The position numbers and the translations under genes were made by a program. A stretch of 64,000 bases of DNA, taken from the human T2T-CHM13v2.0 reference genome, Homo sapiens. This document shows positions 1 through 11,334 of this stretch, piece by piece. Position 1 is the first letter of the stretch. The number at the start of each line of letters is the position of its first letter. The stretch is taken from the NCBI RefSeq assembly GCF_009914755.1, contig NC_060947.1; one strand, written 5' to 3'. Under the pieces are notes generated by a model. It was not told the DNA's origin. It worked only from the letters and a program-made list of their open reading frames with translations, and did not search any database.

Positions 1-762
1 AAAAAAGTATACAACTCTTAGAAGAAAACATATGTGTACATCTTAGTAACCCAGGGTTTGACAAAATTCTTAGATATACCACCAAAAATATAAGCTATAA
101 AAGAAAAAAATGAATTGATCATAAAAATTAAAAATTTGTGTATCAAAGGACACTATCAAGAAAACGAAAACCACAGAATGGGAGAAAAATATTGCAAATC
201 ATATATCTGACAAGGGACTTGTATGTAAAAGATATACATATCTTAGAACTCAATGCTAAAGAGACAACCCAATTAAATAATGGAAAATGATTTGCATAGA
301 CATTTCTCCAAAGAAGATATACAAATGACCAACCAGCACATCAGAAGATGCTCAACATCATTAGAGAAATACAAATCAAGATCATATGATTTGCATCACC
401 TCCAAATCACCCTACTAGAATGGCTGTAATAAAAAACATGCAATAAGTGTTAGCAAGGACGTGGAGAAATTAGAACACTCATAAATTTCTAGTAGAAATA
501 TAAAATGCTGAAGCCACTTTGGAAAAGTCCAAAAGTTCCTCAAAAATTTATGCATAGAACTATTATAAGATCCAATAGCTTCACTCCTAGATATATACTC
601 AGAAGAAATGAGAAAATACATCCACAAAAAAAACTTGCACAATAATGTTCACAGCATTATTGTTTATAATTGAAAAAACATGGAGAAAACCCAAATGCCC
701 ATCAACAAACATAATGTGGTATATTAACAGAATATTATTCAGGCATTAGAAGAAATAAAGTA

Positions 763-1111
763 CAGTAAGTCCTCACTTAACATCGTTGACAGATTTTTAG
801 AAACTGTAATTTTAAGTTAAGCGACACATAAGGAAACCAATTTTACCAACAGGCTAATTGAAATAGATAAGAGTTAAGTTCCTACCAAATATTTCTGGTT
901 ACAGCATCACCAAACTTCTAAAGACTAAAATACTTCTAATATTAAACACTGAAATAAATATAAGCTATGCATAGAATTAAGAACAATAAGAACAAGATAA
1001 TTATTTACATGCTTATTCCAGTTTACAGTAGTGGATCGCTGCAGCCTATTTTAGCAGCTCAGAAGGCAAGGCGGGAACCCATCCTAGACAGGACTCCAGT
1101 CCATCACAGGG

Positions 1112-1154
<43 letters not shown>

Positions 1155-1351
1155 ATACTGGGATCATTTAGGCATGCCAGTTAACCTAAAATGCACTTCT
1201 TTGGGATGTACGAGGAAACTGAACTACCTGGAGAAAACTCATGAAGACATGGTGAGAACTTGCAAACTCCACAAACAGTGGCCCCAGCTGGGAATCTATT
1301 TTCTCATCAAAATTATAACCAAACAGCATTGAACAAAATTGAGACCTGCTG
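763..1351 (-). mobile_element. MER6A-like TcMar-Tigger DNA transposon
   Basis: Termini CAGTAAGTCCTC... and ...GAGACCTGCTG with TA target duplication (761-762, 1352-1353). Confidence 0.8.
1113..1152. repeat. (AC)20 microsatellite inside MER6A
   Basis: Direct reading. Confidence 0.98.
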
Positions 1352-1799
1352 TAATGATACAAATTACAATGGAGATTGACCTGAAAACGTTTTGCTAAGT
1401 TAAAGAAGCCAGATACCAAAGGCCACACACATATTATGTGATTCCATTTATAATAAATGTTCAGAATAGGCAAATCCATAGAGATAGAAGGCAGATTAGT
1501 GGTTGCCAAGGGATGGAGGTGGGGGATAAGTTGGGCGAAAATGGGAAGAGACTGCTAATTGGTGCTTTGTTTCTTATTTGGGTGATAAAAATTCTCTGGA
1601 ATTAAACAGTGGACACAACATTGTGAATATACTGACAACCATTGAATTATATACTTTATTTTTATTATAATTAAAATGGTGAATTTTACTTTATATTAAT
1701 TTTATGTCAGTGAATATTAAATATTTTCATGAATAACACAATAGAAAAAAATTAAGCACAATATTTCACTAGCTATATTTTTGAAGATATAACAAAACA

Positions 1800-2383
1800 C
1801 AATCATCGTCAGAGTCTTTTTATTAAGATAAATCCAGTAAAATTTGTGTATTCACATATAATCAAAACTGCCCTTCTGAAATAAACATTTGTATTTATTT
1901 TAAAAATGGGAATACAATTTCATTTTTCCCAAGCTAATAATAAAGTTATATTTGGGAAAGATAAGTTTAACTCTTAACATTACATGAAAATAGTTCACCT
2001 TCTTTATAAAAGCAACCTGCAGAACAAGAATGTTGGATGAAACTCTTTTTTTGGGATCCCTCACTTTATGAAATTATCACATGTATAAAAGAGTAAAATT
2101 AAAATTCAAAGATTTGACATATAACTTACACAACACGAAATTCACTCACAAAGTTGAAAGCATATTTTTTTCTATGTATTCCACTACTATAATCACAAAA
2201 TTTATAGATAAATGTTTCATGTTAGAAACTTTATGGCTAATAATCAATATGAAGATGTTCTGAAATTAAATCAATGCTAAAGAAAGGCTGTGTTTATAAA
2301 ATTTTTGATAAAAATATTTATCTCTATTAACTTTACAACATGAAGGTACATGTTACCAAATTATGAAACTACATAGGGCAGTT
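1800..2383 (-). other. HMGN5: HMGN5 3'UTR (end approximate)
   Basis: AT-rich sequence after the stop codon, ending near a poly(A) signal followed by a GT-rich element. Confidence 0.7.
1819..1824 (-). terminator. Poly(A) signal AATAAA for HMGN5
   Basis: tttatt on + strand; downstream TGTGTTTTGTT on minus at ~1801-1791; a second AATAAA at 1899-1894. Confidence 0.7.
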
Positions 2384-2965
2384 TTAAACAATACTCTGTG
2401 GCTCCTCTTTTTTTCCATCATCTTCTTTGATCTCATCTTCCTCTTTTCCTTCTTCCTCTTCTTTTAAATCTTCTTTCTCTTTTCCAGCTTCTTCCTCATT
2501 TCCACCTTCATCTTCTTTTCCATCTTCTCTCTCTTTTTCATCTTCTTTGACTTTTACATCTTTCCCCTCTTTTTTATCTCCCTTCTCTTTTCCATCTTCA
2601 TTCTCTTTTCCATCTCCTGTTTCTTTTCTGTCTTCTTCCTCTTTTTCATCTTCTCCTTTCTCTTTTCCATCTTCTCCATTTCCTTTTCCGTCTTCACCTT
2701 TTTTTCCATCTTCTTTCTCTTTTGCATCTTCTCCTTTCTCATTTCCATTTTTATCCTCTTTTCCATCTTCTTCCCCTTTTTCATCTTTGTCTTCTTTTCC
2801 AGCTTCCCCTTTCTCTTCGTTTTGATCTTCTTCATCTTCTTTCTGATCTTCTTCTTCATTTTTTACTTCTGCTGCCACTGCTTCTTTCTTTTCTCCTCCC
2901 TTTTCTGTGGCATCTTCAATATTTTCTTCTTTTACTTCCACAATTTCTTTTTCAGAAGCTGGTGC
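2384..2965 (-). CDS. HMGN5: HMGN5 last coding exon, long acidic C-terminal tail with EDGKE-type repeats
   Basis: ttacag|GCA CCA...PQSIV*; 193 aa; exons total 5+10+10+18+46+193 = 282 aa, matching the HMGN5 protein as recalled. Confidence 0.97.
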   Translation of the reverse strand, partial: APASEKEIVEVKEENIEDATEKGGEKKEAVAAEVKNEEEDQKEDEEDQNEEKGEAGKEDKDEKGEEDGKEDKNGNEKGEDAKEKEDGKKGEDGKGNGEDGKEKGEDEKEEEDRKETGDGKENEDGKEKGDKKEGKDVKVKEDEKEREDGKEDEGGNEEEAGKEKEDLKEEEEGKEEDEIKEDDGKKEEPQSIV

Positions 2966-3938
2966 CTGTAAGTATAGTGAAAAGAAAAACAAGATTCTGT
3001 CTGTAAATTTAGAACCATTTCCCCTAAATATTTACACTGGATTATATCTATTTCACAGAAAGACTAATACTTCATTTAAAGAAAGTAATTTTCCTGTGAA
3101 AGAAGCCTGCTAAATATCACATTATGAGAAAACATTCTAAGAAATGAGATTAACTAAAATATGTCCACGGAAATATCTACAAATAGATATTTGAAACAAT
3201 AAATACAGAAACACTTATAAATACTTTTTATTTCAAATATGAAGAAGCACAAAGTAAATACTTAAAGGATGACATATATTTATTCTGTATCAGCAATTCT
3301 TAATGAGGACTATGCATGTAAACAAAATATAGTCCTTGGAAAATAACATATTTTGTTTCTATAATAATGATATTTTTTATGTAAAAATTACTTGAAAAGT
3401 ACTGTACCAGATATTATAAGATAACTTACAAAAGATTTTCCATATTTGCATATGTTTGGTTTATAGATTTGGTGGCTACACCCATTTTCAGTGTTTTATT
3501 ACAATACCTAAAAATGTTGTATGCATTAAATATGCAAAATAAGATTAAAAACATTTATATAATGATTTGCTTTGCCATCCACAGAGGAAATAAAAGAATC
3601 ATAAATTCTGGAAAAGGGATTTACAAATAGCCTGTGTGCTGATAAAAGGAATAAAGATTGGCTTGTATTTAATAAGAAGGTCGTTATGTTAGTACTAAGT
3701 CATAATCATTGGCATTGTTCTAGTAACAGCAATGCTAAGCCACTGCTCGCACTACTGGTCCCTCTAAATTCTCATATTTTAAGTTAATTTTATTTTCCTC
3801 TTAGATACCATTATACTATAGAACCACTGCTCACTTAATTTTTTTCCAACTTATAAACTAAAAGGCAAATAGGATTTCTTTCAGTTGTACCCATTGTTAA
3901 ACTTTCAAATAGATAAAACTGTTAACATTAGAAAATAC

Positions 3939-4076
3939 CTCTGTAATTTTGGCTTCTCCATTTTTAGCATTTTCATTGTAGTCTTCTTCAACAACTGCTT
4001 CTTGCTTGGTTTCAGCAACTGCTTGGGCACTTGTATCTATGTTTTCTTCCATCATATCACTTTTTGTCTTCATTTT
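3939..4076 (-). CDS. HMGN5: HMGN5 coding exon 5 (KMKTKSD...AKNGEAKITE)
   Basis: ggcag|AAA ATG...GAG|gtattt; 138 nt; lies in ORF 3897..4097; AKNGEAK resembles the HMGN AENGEAK motif. Confidence 0.96.
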
Positions 4077-4649
4077 CTGCCAAGCAATATAAAACAATGA
4101 AAGTAAATATACAATTTAACTGCTGTGTTGATTAAATGGTCACAATTATTTTACCAGCTGTTGTAATAATTTATGCAAACTCTTTAAAGTATCACATATA
4201 AATCTGGTATCAACAAAATTATCATATAATATCTTCATTGTAAATTTCATTGTAAGCCTAAAGCAGGATTAAAAATGAACAATGTTCCCTTGATATAAAC
4301 AAAATAAATTTCCTTTTAAGTTGAGTGATATAGATGAGAGGCAACCAGTTAGAATGCTGACTAGTTGCTGCCAAGGACAAACTGCTGGCATCAGGTTAGA
4401 CTGATCAATTAATTCCCTCTGTCTAGAGAGGGTCAGTTTATTTCTGTCAAGTCTAATTAATAAGGAACAGGGTTTTGTTGATCGTTACGCCTCCATTGGT
4501 AATAATTAAGAGAAATGCTGTTAGTGAGAACAACAATTTAGATATATTTTTAAAAGACCTTATGGTGATGTAAGTGTTTCAATCTTTGTATCTACAAGTT
4601 TGGAATGCCCTGATTCATGACGACTTCACCAAGAAAATTTTTGCCTACC

Positions 4650-4866
4650 TGTGTATGTAATAGAAAGACCACTGGATTGAGGGGCCGGAAAACCTGTGTT
4701 TGAATTCTAGATCTGCCACTTATGTGATGTGATCTTGAGCAAAGGCATAAGTATCTTTGAGGCTGTTATTTTCATATATAAAAAGAGAGTAATACCACCC
4801 ACCTCACGGGGATGTTACAAGGAGAAAATGAGAAAACACATGAAAAAAATGCTTTAGAAACTGTAA
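4650..4866 (+). mobile_element. MIR SINE
   Basis: MIR core-like ttgaattctagatctgccact...tgtgatcttgagcaa...acctcacggggatgtt. Confidence 0.7.
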
Positions 4867-4967
4867 TTTGTAATTTAGATATAAGTTATTACTCTTTTAA
4901 CACATGAGAAACAGAGCCAAGGAGGGTAAAGTCTATGGTTATATAGTATATGTTTTAGTCTAGCCCT

Positions 4968-5279
4968 ATTTTTCTTTTCTTTTCTTTTTTTTCCGTTTTT
5001 TTTTTTTTTTTTGAGACAGGGACTCCCTCTGTCGCCCAGGCTGGAGTGAGGCAATCTCTGCTCACTGCAACCTCCTCCTCCCAGGCTCAAGCAATCCTCC
5101 CACAACAGCCTCCCAAGCAGCTGGGACTACAGGCATGCCCGGCTAATTTTTGTATTTTCTGTGGTGATGGTGATTTTCTATGTTGCCCAGGCTGGTCTCA
5201 AACTCCTACGTTCAAGCAATCTGCCCATCTCAACCTTCCAGAGTACTCAGATTACAGGTGTAAGCCACCACGTCTGGCC
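4968..5279 (-). mobile_element. Alu, AluJ-like
   Basis: Poly-T then reverse Alu; ggctcaagcaatcctccc J-type diagnostic. Confidence 0.92.
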
Positions 5280-6166
5280 TTACTTTTCTTTTTAAAAGAA
5301 AATATGCTGTATTTACTGTTTTAAAAACTAGTAAGTTGAATATTTAACCTTATATAATAGTGGACTTGAAAAGTAAAATGCAGAAAAAAAAACCTTCTTT
5401 TCTTTTGTCACCATTAAATATATCAATTATTACTAAAACTTCAATTTCCCTAAGTTTAGCAATATTTTTTAATAAAGGATTTCATTTATGAACATAATGA
5501 CAGTTTATACTTTCTTCAACTACAAAGTGATAGGATTAGATGCTCTCTAATGTTTCTCATAGCTTTAACCTTTTATGATTTCAGGAATTCAATCAATATT
5601 CTTATGTATTAAGCAATTAGCAGTAAACTAAATATTGAGATTATATCTATTTCTACATGCCTTTAGCCATAACACCAGAGTATATAAGTCCATACAAAAT
5701 CAATTGTGTCCATTTAAAATTAACATATGCAAATACATCTTACATATATTATATATATAATTATATATAATCTTATATACTTTGCCAACTGTAAAATATT
5801 ATCAAATGTTAGTTACTACTTTTATTACAAAGCACAACTTTGGGGTTACTACTGTTTTCACCTTTTGTTTTCCCAGGGAAACAGTATTGTCACTATATGA
5901 TAGCAAAGGCATGTACATTTAATGGGCCTATCCAACTGAAATTGTTTTGTCTCTACCCAGTGAAAATGTCAAAACACTGTGGACAATCACAAAACAGAAC
6001 AAATAATCCCCACCCAAGGGGTTTACATGTATCATATGATAGAATATAATATATTACTAACTGAACAAAATATAAGCAAAGTAAAATGATCAGCTGTATG
6101 CCATTTCAAAAATTATTTTTGAAAAAAAAAGCAAATTTATTTCAATATTCTACGTTGAATATTTAC

Positions 6167-6220
6167 CCTTGAACTTGATGTTCTTTTAGGCTTCACCTCT
6201 GGTGTAACTGGCACAAGCAT
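6167..6220 (-). CDS. HMGN5: HMGN5 coding exon 4 (MLVPVTPEVKPKRTSSSR)
   Basis: aagcag|ATG...AGG|gtaaat; 54 nt, phase 0. Confidence 0.96.
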
Positions 6221-6464
6221 CTGCTTCAAGTTGTGGGAAAAGAAAAGAAAAGGAAAAAAATCATATTTGAAGAAAGAACGCTAAAAATGAAATCCAACCT
6301 CTGAATTAAAATAAATGAGTATTAGGAAAAAAAATACATTTCCTTGGTGTGAAAGTTTTTCTTAAAACTTCAAAAATAAATCGTGTATTGAATATTTTAG
6401 GATTCCCTAAATTTTAAAATGACGTTTCACAATACATGGGCTGCTTTTTGAAAAGATTACTTAC

Positions 6465-6494
6465 AGCAGACAACCTGGCAGATCTTCTCTTTGG
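6465..6494 (-). CDS. HMGN5: HMGN5 coding exon 3 (PKRRSARLSA, nucleosome-binding core)
   Basis: ttatag|CCA...GCT|gtaagt; encodes the invariant HMGN RRSARLSA motif. Confidence 0.98.
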
Positions 6495-7522
6495 CTATAA
6501 GTTAAAAACAAAAATCTGTTAAGAGAATTATGGATACAAAAAGCTAGAATTATTTTTATTGAGGTCAAAATATTTGGTGTAACAATACATAAATATTGTC
6601 ATTAAGTAATTGTGAATTTGGTTAGAAAATACAAGAGAAATATAAGTTTTGATTTTTCCGTCCTCTGAACACTTTACATACTAAGGAAAAAGTCCCAAAT
6701 TAAGCTTAAGCAGCTAGGCTAAATTAACACAGTAGCTAGTAACAAGGAGCACATTTAGAAATGAAAATATAGCCTTTTCTTGCCAAATGACAAAGCAATT
6801 ATTTTGCTTAAAAGGAAGAAGTTCTCTCCACATCTGAACAAGCACAATAAGGTCTTAAATTCGAAGAAGCTTGCAGTTTTTAATACTTACTATATATACA
6901 TTTTTTTCACACTCAGTATATTTTTATTGTGCATTAATTAGATTAAAATTAATAATATGCATTGACCAAAATATTAGATTAACAAGGCCATAAAGGTAAA
7001 CTGAGAGGTTTCTTTAATATAATTGTCGCACAACAATGATTCTCGCTTTGTAGGACATATAGAAGATGGCATACTCTAGGAGTTAGAACAATATATATTT
7101 AATGCAATAACAAAAACTATATAGTACTTTAAGAAATGTTTCACATATGTGAACAGTCATTTAGAGCCTCAACTTTCTAAAGTAAGCAACATGTAAGCCT
7201 GTAAAGTACACACACCAAATCATAGTCTAACCCACAAAACACCCAAATAAAATATTAGCACATCTCTATTGTCAAGAATATTTCCGTACCATCATTTCTA
7301 TAAAAAAAAGTGAAAAAGCCTTTTCTTTTATTCTGAATGGCAATTTTAAAAAGTCCTCTCTTCTGAAATTCGGATATATATTTTTGAGAGATCCCACTGG
7401 TATACCATATTGGAACTCATATTGTACAAATATACCAACCAGCATCTATTTTTTAGCTGCTTATGTCAAGTTTATAAAACGAGTGGTTTTTCCTAATAGA
7501 TGCTAAGACTAAAGAAACTCAC

Positions 7523-7552
7523 CTCCTGCCTCATATCACCTTGACCTGCAGC
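7523..7552 (-). CDS. HMGN5: HMGN5 coding exon 2 (AAGQGDMRQE)
   Basis: ctgtgtag|GCT...GAG|gtgagt; 30 nt, phase 0. Confidence 0.96.
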
Positions 7553-9269
7553 CTACACAGAGGAGAAAACCACACAGAAATAAGGTCATTGATATAAACA
7601 CATAAATCAGAAAATACTGCCTGCGGATTACAAATTTCAATATAATTGCTTATTACTTTCTCCTGGGTTCCTGCTCAAGTAGACACGTGTTGTTTCTTAG
7701 GAACCATGCTACATACTGCTGTTTTACTAATGTGCACCAAGATGCAAGTGCATGCACAAGACATACTTTTACACAATTGATAGTTAATTTCATCCTTTTG
7801 TGTAAATTGCATCTCCTAAAAGCAAACCTTTGTAATTTTGAAATCCACCTGCTTTAGATAATGTAAAAGCCAAAAATGTGGGGGTGGGTCAAATGAAGGC
7901 GGAGCTTCATGCAATTTCGCTTTCTTGCCTTATGTTTGCCATGCAATTGTACCTATCTTATCCTCTCCACTGATTCTGGACTATTTTCTCCAAGTTTTGC
8001 ATGCAAGAATTACAGCCCCCACAGTGTTTTCTTGGGGAGACCTCTTTGTTACAAAGTCAATGCTTTATTCTAAGAAACTGGCCGCCGATTTTAAAACTTC
8101 CCGCCACTACCTGCTTTAAGGTTGCTGTCAGCTCTGGAAAACAGCAAGACCTACTGCACAAGTATAGAAAAGCACAGTGGCGGGAATCTCAGGAAGGGGG
8201 GATGGTGATTAGAAACAGTTGTTTTCCATATCTGAGCAGCCCTTTAGCCTGAGAATTATCAAGCTATTGCACGATTCAGACAGCCACAGAGCACGGGGGA
8301 ATTTCAGTATTATTCCTATGTTTTAGGAATAAGGAAGGCGGAGTTGTTTATAGGAATAATCCAAAAACAATCATAATGTCTTAGCATAGTGTTATACGGT
8401 TTTACCAAGCAATGAAACAGCGTTCGATTTCACTTCTAGGGGACTAAGAAAAAAACGCCGAGCGTGAACTTGTTTCCTGTCTGCGAGGAGCCAGGAATTG
8501 TGAAGTGAGGGTTTGCAGAAGACCTGTGGAGCTCGAAAGGCTCAGATCAATTCTGCACTACTAAAGTGAACAAATCCATGCTACCCCAACATCAGCAAGT
8601 TTATCCGACGCTGTCTCCTTATAATCTTCCCATCTTTAGCTAAAGAGCTTGGAAAGGTCCAGCTTTCTCACCCCTAAAGTTTCTAATTACAGCGGTGAAT
8701 CTCTGTTCTCTAGGACAGTTTGAAGTCTGCGCCGCCTAATGGCACAGGATTACCATTGCATAGCCATCTGGCCTGACAAGAAGTGGAGGAGGAGGGAAGG
8801 AAAAAAAAAAAAGAAAAAAGAAAACGGGAAGAACAAAGGCAAATACAGGAGAAAGCCATGGCTTTCGTTCCCCAGACGGGACGGTTCCCCGAGAAAAGCC
8901 GGTGGCAGAGGAGGAAACTGAAGTATGGTTGGGAGAAGTGTTCTCCAATAGGGTAAGCGGAGGAAGGGGGTTGGGGTAGGAAGCGACAGCCCAGCGCTAT
9001 GGCTGTTTGTAATTCAGCATGGAGACACCTTTCAAGAGATTCTCTCCTTAAACAGAACACTCCAAAAGTGAACTACCAGTTGCATGCAAGACCATCCTAA
9101 ACCTTACACCGACTGCTCTTTGCCCTTCTACCCCTTTCCGTTTCATTACATCACAAAATGGAAGAAGCCAAAAAGCTTTAAAAAAAACCAAACAAACAAA
9201 TAAATTCTTCCTATTAGGAAATAGGTAACTCAGCAGCTCATTCCCCGTCTGTCTTTCCATTTCACTTAC

Positions 9270-9284
9270 CTTTCTTTTGGGCAT
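9270..9284 (-). CDS. HMGN5: HMGN5 coding exon 1 (MPKRK)
   Basis: Minus strand ATG CCC AAA AGA AAG|gtaagt; canonical HMGN N-terminus; donor GT at 9269-9268. Confidence 0.97.
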
Positions 9285-9407
9285 TGTTGTAGCTCTCTAT
9301 AGGAGATCTTAGTCAGCAGAAAAAAAGCCGAAGGCAGTCACTGCCTGACTGCTCCAAGAGCAAATGAGTTTTCAATGAACTAACTGCAGCACGACCTGTA
9401 CTCTCCT
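9285..9407 (-). other. HMGN5: HMGN5 5'UTR part of the ATG-containing exon, with upstream splice acceptor
   Basis: Minus strand T12-CCAG acceptor (AG at 9409-9408); no upstream ATG within 9285-9407. Confidence 0.75.
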
Positions 9408-9409
9408 CT

Positions 9410-10060
9410 GGAAAAAAAAAAAATCCCTCGTTATTGGCAACATTAAACACGCCAAGACGCAACCAAACTACGTGAATGGTTAACCGGAGTGGGAGCCACA
9501 TTGGAGTGACAGGCTCTCAGGCCAATAAGAAGAGGCAGCCGGCTTTGAGGGGCGTGGCCCGCGAACTTGCCCGAAGCCCTCGTTCCCTGTCGGCTCTAAC
9601 CGCTGGTGTAGTGGCGGAGCACGCGAACTTAGCAAGGGCTAAGCGATCAGGAATAAGAACAGCAGGAAAGCCAGAGCTGACTTGATCAGTTTTTTTTTCT
9701 TTTATGTTATAATGACAGGCGAAAGCCACAACAGTTGCTTTCTTCACAGCCTCCAAACCCGCCACCCTTCCCTATTCCTAGCGGGATAAGTGCTTTTAAG
9801 ACCAGTTGAGTCTGGGCTCCGGTCTTTCCCTGCCACCTTTGGCGGGATGGTGTTGAACCGACAAGAACATTCATTCAGAAAGCGCAAAAGAGTGGAGATG
9901 TTTCTCTGGTGTGGGAACATCCTGCCAAAGCAGAACTGTGGTGCTGGCAAGAGGAGGGTGCCAAAATGGCGTGTTTTCCGCAGGTGTAGAGTAGCGACAA
10001 AACCGGGAGCTATACCGTTATCCCACTTGGAGGAGGTATACGAAGAATTCAGCGGGACTC
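9410..10060. promoter_or_regulatory. CpG-enriched proximal promoter-like region of HMGN5
   Basis: Local CpG excess; CCAAT boxes at 9433-9437 (-), 9500-9504 (-), 9522-9526 (+); GC/KLF box GGGGCGTGGC 9549-9558; E2F-type TTTGGCGGGA 9838-9847; YY1-type CAAAATGGCG 9962-9971. Confidence 0.7.
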
Positions 10061-10185
10061 CGAGGGAAATGTGTAATAGCAGAGGTCTATCCAAATGAAA
10101 AACACTGAGAATAGATTTTTAATCTGAAGGTTGCATTTAGTGAAAGGACTCAAGAAGGTGCTATCCACGAAAGTGTTTAGGACTC

Positions 10186-10486
10186 AGAACCTAGACTAGC
10201 ATAAAGCCATTGAGGTACTCGCCTCAGGCACAAAATTTAAGCTTGTGACAAAAACCCAGGAGACTAGGATGAGGCGAGTGAGGTGAGTCACGCAAGTGCA
10301 GGGTATGATCCTGTCTTTATTTAAATTTTTGATATTTTGTTCATCATGGACTTTTTTGCAAGAATTTTGATATTTAAAAAGATTGTCTAAAAATATTAAG
10401 TATCTTCATTACTGAGTTTCTAGGCGGCCCTTTAAAATTTTTGCCAAAGGAGAATGTCTCCATAGCGTCACTCTAGTCCCAGCCAT
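10186..10486. mobile_element. MER96B-like hAT (Tip100) MITE
   Basis: gactaggatgaggcgagtgagg, ctcgcctcaggcacaaaatttaag and terminal ctagtcccagcc match recalled MER96 inverted termini. Confidence 0.7.
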
Positions 10487-11334
10487 ATTTAGGTGACTTT
10501 CGACTGTAAGAGAGGCTTATAGGTGCCTTTCAGTGTCAGTTTCTGAGACCTAAAGTTTTCAGGGTTGAGGTGGAGATTGATGAATAAATTACTTGGGAAT
10601 AAATATGATTAAAATAGAGGATCTAATTCCCCACCGCCCTTTCTCAGAGGCGCCTTGATGTGGTTGTTGTAAGAGCTACCTGTGTATAAAAGTGCTCCCA
10701 AACAACAACCCAAATCCTTATCCTGGAGGGTTAATCAAAAAAGAAATTTAACCTTTTGAACAGTTACTTTAGGAAGAATTCATTTGTGTTTATGTAGGTT
10801 AAAAAATTTGGAATAATCAGTTTAAGAGATAAACACTGTATCTGCTACAGAGTGCCAAACCATCCCTTCAAGCAAAAATACAGCCTAACAGAATAACCCA
10901 TTGTAATTATTATATTTACTATTGCTATATTATTTTTATTTTGTTATATATTTATATCATTATTATTATTATTATTGCCCATTCTTCCCCAGCACTGATA
11001 GTATGGAATTACATAGATCAGGTAGAATGAGCCTGCGTGACTGCTGCTCAGTTTCCTTCCCCCAACTTCATACTGCATTCTAATTCAAGTAAGTAAATCA
11101 GAAAGATATTTAAATTGCTTCCTTCGTCCACAGTTATTGGGATAATCCCTAGATGTTCCTGATGTCACTTTTTGCCCTTATGGTAAAAGCATTCCTGGGT
11201 GAACTTAAATATGTTTCAATCATTTTATTCTCCAACAGTTAGAAGATAAGCATAAAAATTGATTTTAATATAAGGATTGCCTCATAAGGATAAGAAGAAA
11301 AATGAAGGGAATGAAAATGTGTCAGCAGTGGAAT

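Larger units (their letters stand above)
1..1715 (+). mobile_element. Old L1 (L1MB-like) ORF2 end and 3'UTR, split by MER6A
   Basis: L1 3' motifs (catttctccaaagaagatatacaaatg; aataggcaaatccatagagatagaag...gtggttgcc); reads through across the 763-1351 insertion. Confidence 0.8.

Noticed and set aside
967-1332. 121-aa ORF with HTHTHT run
   Set aside because: Lies inside the MER6A element and reads through the (AC)20 repeat.
2427-3006. Plus-strand Ser/Phe/Pro- and Leu-rich ORFs
   Set aside because: Antisense shadows of the low-complexity HMGN5 exon; they are stop-free only because of base composition.
9476-10098. Several 60-116-aa ORFs on both strands upstream of HMGN5
   Set aside because: No recognisable homology; expected by chance in GC-richer promoter DNA.
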